A stretch of 64,000 nt of DNA from an uncultured Gemmatimonadales bacterium (GTDB lineage: Bacteria; Gemmatimonadota; Gemmatimonadetes; Gemmatimonadales; Gemmatimonadaceae). The notes beneath the pieces are model-generated. The model had not been told where the DNA came from and made no database searches. It saw only the letters and a program-made list of their open reading frames with translations. Where the stretch lies: the NCBI GenBank assembly GCA_963793305.1, contig CAWBZV010000003.1, forward strand, positions 896,001 through 960,000, read 5' to 3'. Each line of letters starts with the position of its first letter. Position 1 is the first letter of the stretch. This document shows positions 60,553-64,000 of this stretch, piece after piece. Both the position numbers and the translations under genes were made by a program.

Positions 60553-62382
60553 TTACCTCGATGCCGCCGCCAGTTGCTTGATCGCGCCTGACATCATGCG
60601 CACGCGCGCCGCGTCGCTGGCCCCGCTCACGTCGCCGTCCACCTTCGTCGCCAGCGCGGTGAGTGCCGCGGCACGCGCCGCACCGTGCGTCTCCTCCGCC
60701 GCGTCGAGCGCGGCCGAGACTGCGGTGGCGCGATCGGGGGCGAGGCCATTGTTGCGCTCGAGCTGGTCGAGGTACGAGCGCACCACGGCGAATGCCGGTG
60801 GCCAGACGAGCTTCGGCTGGCTCTGCGGGTTGTACTCCTTGAGCATCACCAGCTTTGCCGCGGCGATCTCGTTGGCCGAGAGCTGCGGACTCGGCAAGAG
60901 CTCCAACACGTCGAACCCGCGGTCGAGCTCCGACGAGTAGATCATGCCGTTCCAGTAATACGCGCCCCATGATCCGCCGATCGTGTAGCGCGAGCGCTCG
61001 CTGGCCTTCGACGTATCGCTTGGCGGGTCGATAGGGCCGCGATCGAAGTACGCGATCTCGGTTGGATGATCCGCGTCCGTGAAGTCCATGATGTCGATGC
61101 CACCTTGGTACCAGCCCTGCACGTAGAGGTCGCGCCCCGGTACCGGGATGAGGCCTCCGTTATGCGAGACGCAGTTCTCCTGCGCGGTTTGCGCGGCGGG
61201 GAGCTTGAAATAGGCGTGCTGGGTCAGCTTCTTGTTGTCCGCGCTCAACGTAATGATCGTGTTGCCGCCCAGCTCCATGATGCTGTTGGCCTGGCACATC
61301 GGGCCGGTGCCGCCGCCCCACTCGTCGGTCCAGAGGGTCTTCTTGCCATCGTTGCTGAACCCGGCGGTGTGCCGGCTCTGGAAATTGTTGGTATCGGTGA
61401 TGGAGGTCAGCCGCACCGGCCTCTCCGGGTTCGAGACATCGACCAGGATGGCATGACTCGAGCATGCGGCGGCGAGCAGGTGGAACGCCGGGTACGCGGT
61501 CACGTCGTGGCAGTTGTGCGGGCCCGTGTGCAGCAGCGTCGCGTACGTCGCCGAGTCCGCTGCGGAAGCACCGCGGATGCGAGGCGGCCCGTGGCCATCC
61601 GCCGGAGCGCAGAACGTGGCGCAATCCGGCGACGCGTTGAGGCCGGTGAAGATCCGCGCGCCGGGGATCACCGCGGCCCGCTCGGGGTGATCGAGCGGCA
61701 CCTTGATGATGTCGAGCTGATAGAGCGAGTTCGTTGGGTCGGCGGGGTCCGTGCCGTTCTTGCAACCCGCCAGTTCCGTGGCCGGCCGCGCAGTCTGCTG
61801 CCCCGACACGTAGATGTAGATGATGTTGGGATCCGTCGGGCTCGGGATGACGGTGTGCGTGTGTGAGCCTTTGCAGGTCTGCACGTTCTTGATCAGCTTG
61901 GGCGCGTGGGCGTCGGAGACGTCGTAGATGCGCACGCCCGCCATATGATCCTTGGGGTCCTGCACACCGCCCTTGGCGCAGTCATTCCGATTGCCCGCGC
62001 CCTCGGCGGAGATGAACAGCAGGTGGCCGATGATCGACGGGTCGGCTTGCGCCGAGATGCACTCCACGACCGACGCGACGACCGGCTTATTCGGGTTGCT
62101 GACGTCCCAAATCGTGAAACCCGCGAAGTTGCCCTGGTACGCGTAGTGGGTGGCGAACGCCAGGTCGGAGTTGATGAACATCAGGCCGCGGGTCGTGTCG
62201 AACGCCGCCGGTTTGTGCGAGAACGACACGAGACGCATGTTGCTCGCCGCTTCTCCGGCGTCAAACCGGCCCGGCTTGAGGTTGCTCCGCGGGTCGGTGG
62301 CGCTCGGGTAGCTCTGCGCCGATACGAGCGCCGGCGCGGCGAGGGTCGCGATCAGGCCTATCAGTGTACACGCACTACGCAT
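60553..62382 (-). CDS. Secreted LVIVD-repeat protein
   Basis: Signal peptide, NSDLAF, IWDVSNP, CKGSHTHT, CHDVT, ENCVSHNG. Confidence 0.82.
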   Translation of the reverse strand: MRSACTLIGLIATLAAPALVSAQSYPSATDPRSNLKPGRFDAGEAASNMRLVSFSHKPAAFDTTRGLMFINSDLAFATHYAYQGNFAGFTIWDVSNPNKPVVASVVECISAQADPSIIGHLLFISAEGAGNRNDCAKGGVQDPKDHMAGVRIYDVSDAHAPKLIKNVQTCKGSHTHTVIPSPTDPNIIYIYVSGQQTARPATELAGCKNGTDPADPTNSLYQLDIIKVPLDHPERAAVIPGARIFTGLNASPDCATFCAPADGHGPPRIRGASAADSATYATLLHTGPHNCHDVTAYPAFHLLAAACSSHAILVDVSNPERPVRLTSITDTNNFQSRHTAGFSNDGKKTLWTDEWGGGTGPMCQANSIMELGGNTIITLSADNKKLTQHAYFKLPAAQTAQENCVSHNGGLIPVPGRDLYVQGWYQGGIDIMDFTDADHPTEIAYFDRGPIDPPSDTSKASERSRYTIGGSWGAYYWNGMIYSSELDRGFDVLELLPSPQLSANEIAAAKLVMLKEYNPQSQPKLVWPPAFAVVRSYLDQLERNNGLAPDRATAVSAALDAAEETHGAARAAALTALATKVDGDVSGASDAARVRMMSGAIKQLAAASR

Positions 62383-62428
62383 CAGGACGGGCTCCGGTGG
62401 CTGGTGTGGTACGGGCGACTGCGACGGT

Positions 62429-63049
62429 TCACTTCCCCGGCAGTTGGTTGTACAACCTCTGCATGATGCCGATCTCGGTAGTTTGCACCGTGGAGACATT
62501 GTTGGCGAACACGTTGACGTCGATTTCCTGTCCGGCCTGCGGGGTGTTGAAGAGATCGTCCACCATCTTCAGCGCGCCGGCATGGTGTTGGATCATCAGG
62601 CGGAGATATGCGCGGTCGAAGTCGACGCCCCTGGCCGCATCGAGCTCGCCGAGTTGTGCGGGCGTCAGCATGCCGGACATCATCACGTGATGCCACGACG
62701 ACGTGTCGGGCGCGAACTGGTTGTTGCGCTGGAGCCAGGCCTGCATGATGCGAATCTCCGGCACCTGCGACTGATCGATCTTGTTCGAGAGTTTCAGCAC
62801 TTGCGGATCGGCGCCGTGCGACTCCGCCATCCGGGACATGACGATCGCCTGCGCGTGGTGCGCGATCATGCCCTGCATGAACTCGACGTCGGCCTTGGTG
62901 TACAGGGCGCCTTTGGGGATCACCACCTCATGACCCATGTCCATGTCGCTCATGCCCTTCATGCCGCTATCCTGGCAGAGCGCGAGCGATGGGCCGCCGA
63001 GCAACATGGTGGAGAGTGCGAGCGCGCCAGCAACGCGTGTGGTCGTCAT
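62429..63049 (-). CDS. DUF305 domain protein
   Basis: FMQGMIAHHAQAIVMS and LMIQHHAGALKM repeats. Confidence 0.92.
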   Translation of the reverse strand: MTTTRVAGALALSTMLLGGPSLALCQDSGMKGMSDMDMGHEVVIPKGALYTKADVEFMQGMIAHHAQAIVMSRMAESHGADPQVLKLSNKIDQSQVPEIRIMQAWLQRNNQFAPDTSSWHHVMMSGMLTPAQLGELDAARGVDFDRAYLRLMIQHHAGALKMVDDLFNTPQAGQEIDVNVFANNVSTVQTTEIGIMQRLYNQLPGK

Positions 63050-63153
63050 GATGACCTCCTTCGGTATCGGGTCCGACTATCGTCTTAGTAACGCCGACGT
63101 CAACAGGATCGTTGAGAGCAAGCTCCCATGCCCGACGAACATTTGTCGCCGTA

Positions 63154-63180
63154 TGTCGAGAAATCCTCGTCTGCTCCGAC
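63154..63180 (+). promoter_or_regulatory. ECF42-type promoter
   Basis: TGTCGA-17-CGAC upstream of the DGPF gene, fitting the ECF42 consensus as I recall it. Confidence 0.7.
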
Positions 63181-63206
63181 GTATCATCAAACCAGGAGGA
63201 TCGACG

Positions 63207-63608
63207 ATGAAGTACATGCTGATGATGAACGCCCCGCGGGGCACCGGCGACTACCAGATAAACGAGTGGCCTCGCGCGGACATCCAGGCGCACATCGATT
63301 TCATGAAGCGTCTCAACAAGGACCTTCATGCCGCTGGCGAGTTCGTGGCGGGCGAGGGATTGACGCCGCCGGGCCAGGCAAAGCTGGTTCGCGCGGGGAA
63401 GAACGGCGCTCCGGTCGTCACCGATGGTCCGTTCGCTGAGGCGAAAGAGTTCCTGGCGGGATATTGGATCGTGGACGTGGACACGCCGCAGCGGGCCTAC
63501 GCCATCGCGGCGCGTGCCTCTACGGCGCCCGGACCCGGTGGTGTCCCGCTCAACCTCGTGCTCGAGGTGCGTGAGGTCATGAGCGTGCCGCCGCCGTTCG
63601 ACGGATGA
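63207..63608 (+). CDS. YciI/DGPF-domain protein
   Basis: VTDGPFAEAKEFLAGYW; GGAGG SD. Confidence 0.93.
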   Translation: MKYMLMMNAPRGTGDYQINEWPRADIQAHIDFMKRLNKDLHAAGEFVAGEGLTPPGQAKLVRAGKNGAPVVTDGPFAEAKEFLAGYWIVDVDTPQRAYAIAARASTAPGPGGVPLNLVLEVREVMSVPPPFDG

Positions 63609-64000
63609 CGGCCTCGGAGGACCTGCTGCGCGTACTCGCGCCGCAGGTCCTCGGCGCGGTCGTCCGGCGATTCGGGGATTTTGCCGCGGCCGAGGATGCG
63701 GTCCAGGAGGCGCTGTTCGCGGCGACCGTGCGATGGCCGGAGCTCGGCGTGCCCGACGATCCGCGCGCGTGGTTGATCCAGGTGGCGGCCCGGCGTCTGA
63801 CTGACCAGCTGCGCGCCGACCTGGCGCGGCGGCGGCGCGAGGCGATCGTCGTGGCCGAGCAACTGGACGTGGCGCCCGCGGTAAGCGAGCACGATGACAC
63901 GCTCGTCCTTCTCTTCATGTGCTGTCATCCGGCGCTCACTCCATCGTCCGCCATCGCCCTGACGCTGCGCGCCGTCGGAGGTCTCACGACCGCCGAGATC
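63605..64000 (+). CDS. ECF sigma factor (ECF42-type), partial
   Basis: MTASEDLLRVLAPQVLGAVVRRFGDFAAAEDAVQEAL...LLFMCCHPAL...LTLRAVGGLTTAEI; ATGA-coupled to the DGPF gene. Confidence 0.9.
   Translation, partial: MTASEDLLRVLAPQVLGAVVRRFGDFAAAEDAVQEALFAATVRWPELGVPDDPRAWLIQVAARRLTDQLRADLARRRREAIVVAEQLDVAPAVSEHDDTLVLLFMCCHPALTPSSAIALTLRAVGGLTTAEI

Overview
GC-rich bacterial DNA; the gene content (HEAT-repeat/HD-type pair, orphan ADOP-like permeases, BNR/VPS10 hydrolase, ECF42) suggests Gemmatimonadota, which is an inference. Bases 1-21010 are housekeeping-like: plant/chlamydial-type fabI, cardiolipin synthase, M20 amidohydrolase, 2H phosphoesterase, a glycosylation cluster (3 GT-C-like membrane proteins, 2 GT2, 4 SAM methyltransferases) interrupted by ettA and a TlpA redoxin, aceB and solA. 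tRNA-Asn(GTT) at 21029-21101 is an integration hotspot: its 3' 44 bp are repeated at 23416-23459, enclosing a 2.3-kb integrase-less islet with an AbiEi/AbiEii type IV toxin-antitoxin pair and a small third ORF. The rest is a mosaic accessory region: higBA plus barstar, an AraC/PhzF/YbaK/thioesterase cluster with decayed duplicates, a duplicated promoter-Rid-permease module, a MocR regulator, a 790-aa protein with a nitrilase-like E-K-C triad facing a membrane protein plus signal-less amidase pair (best candidate for an undescribed system), secreted hydrolases, a two-component system plus an orphan LytS kinase, an AT-richer TetR/VOC cassette and a YciI-ECF42 pair. About ten single-base frameshifts suggest long-read consensus errors. 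Many genes appear leaderless. All calls come from reading motifs by eye; no searches were run.
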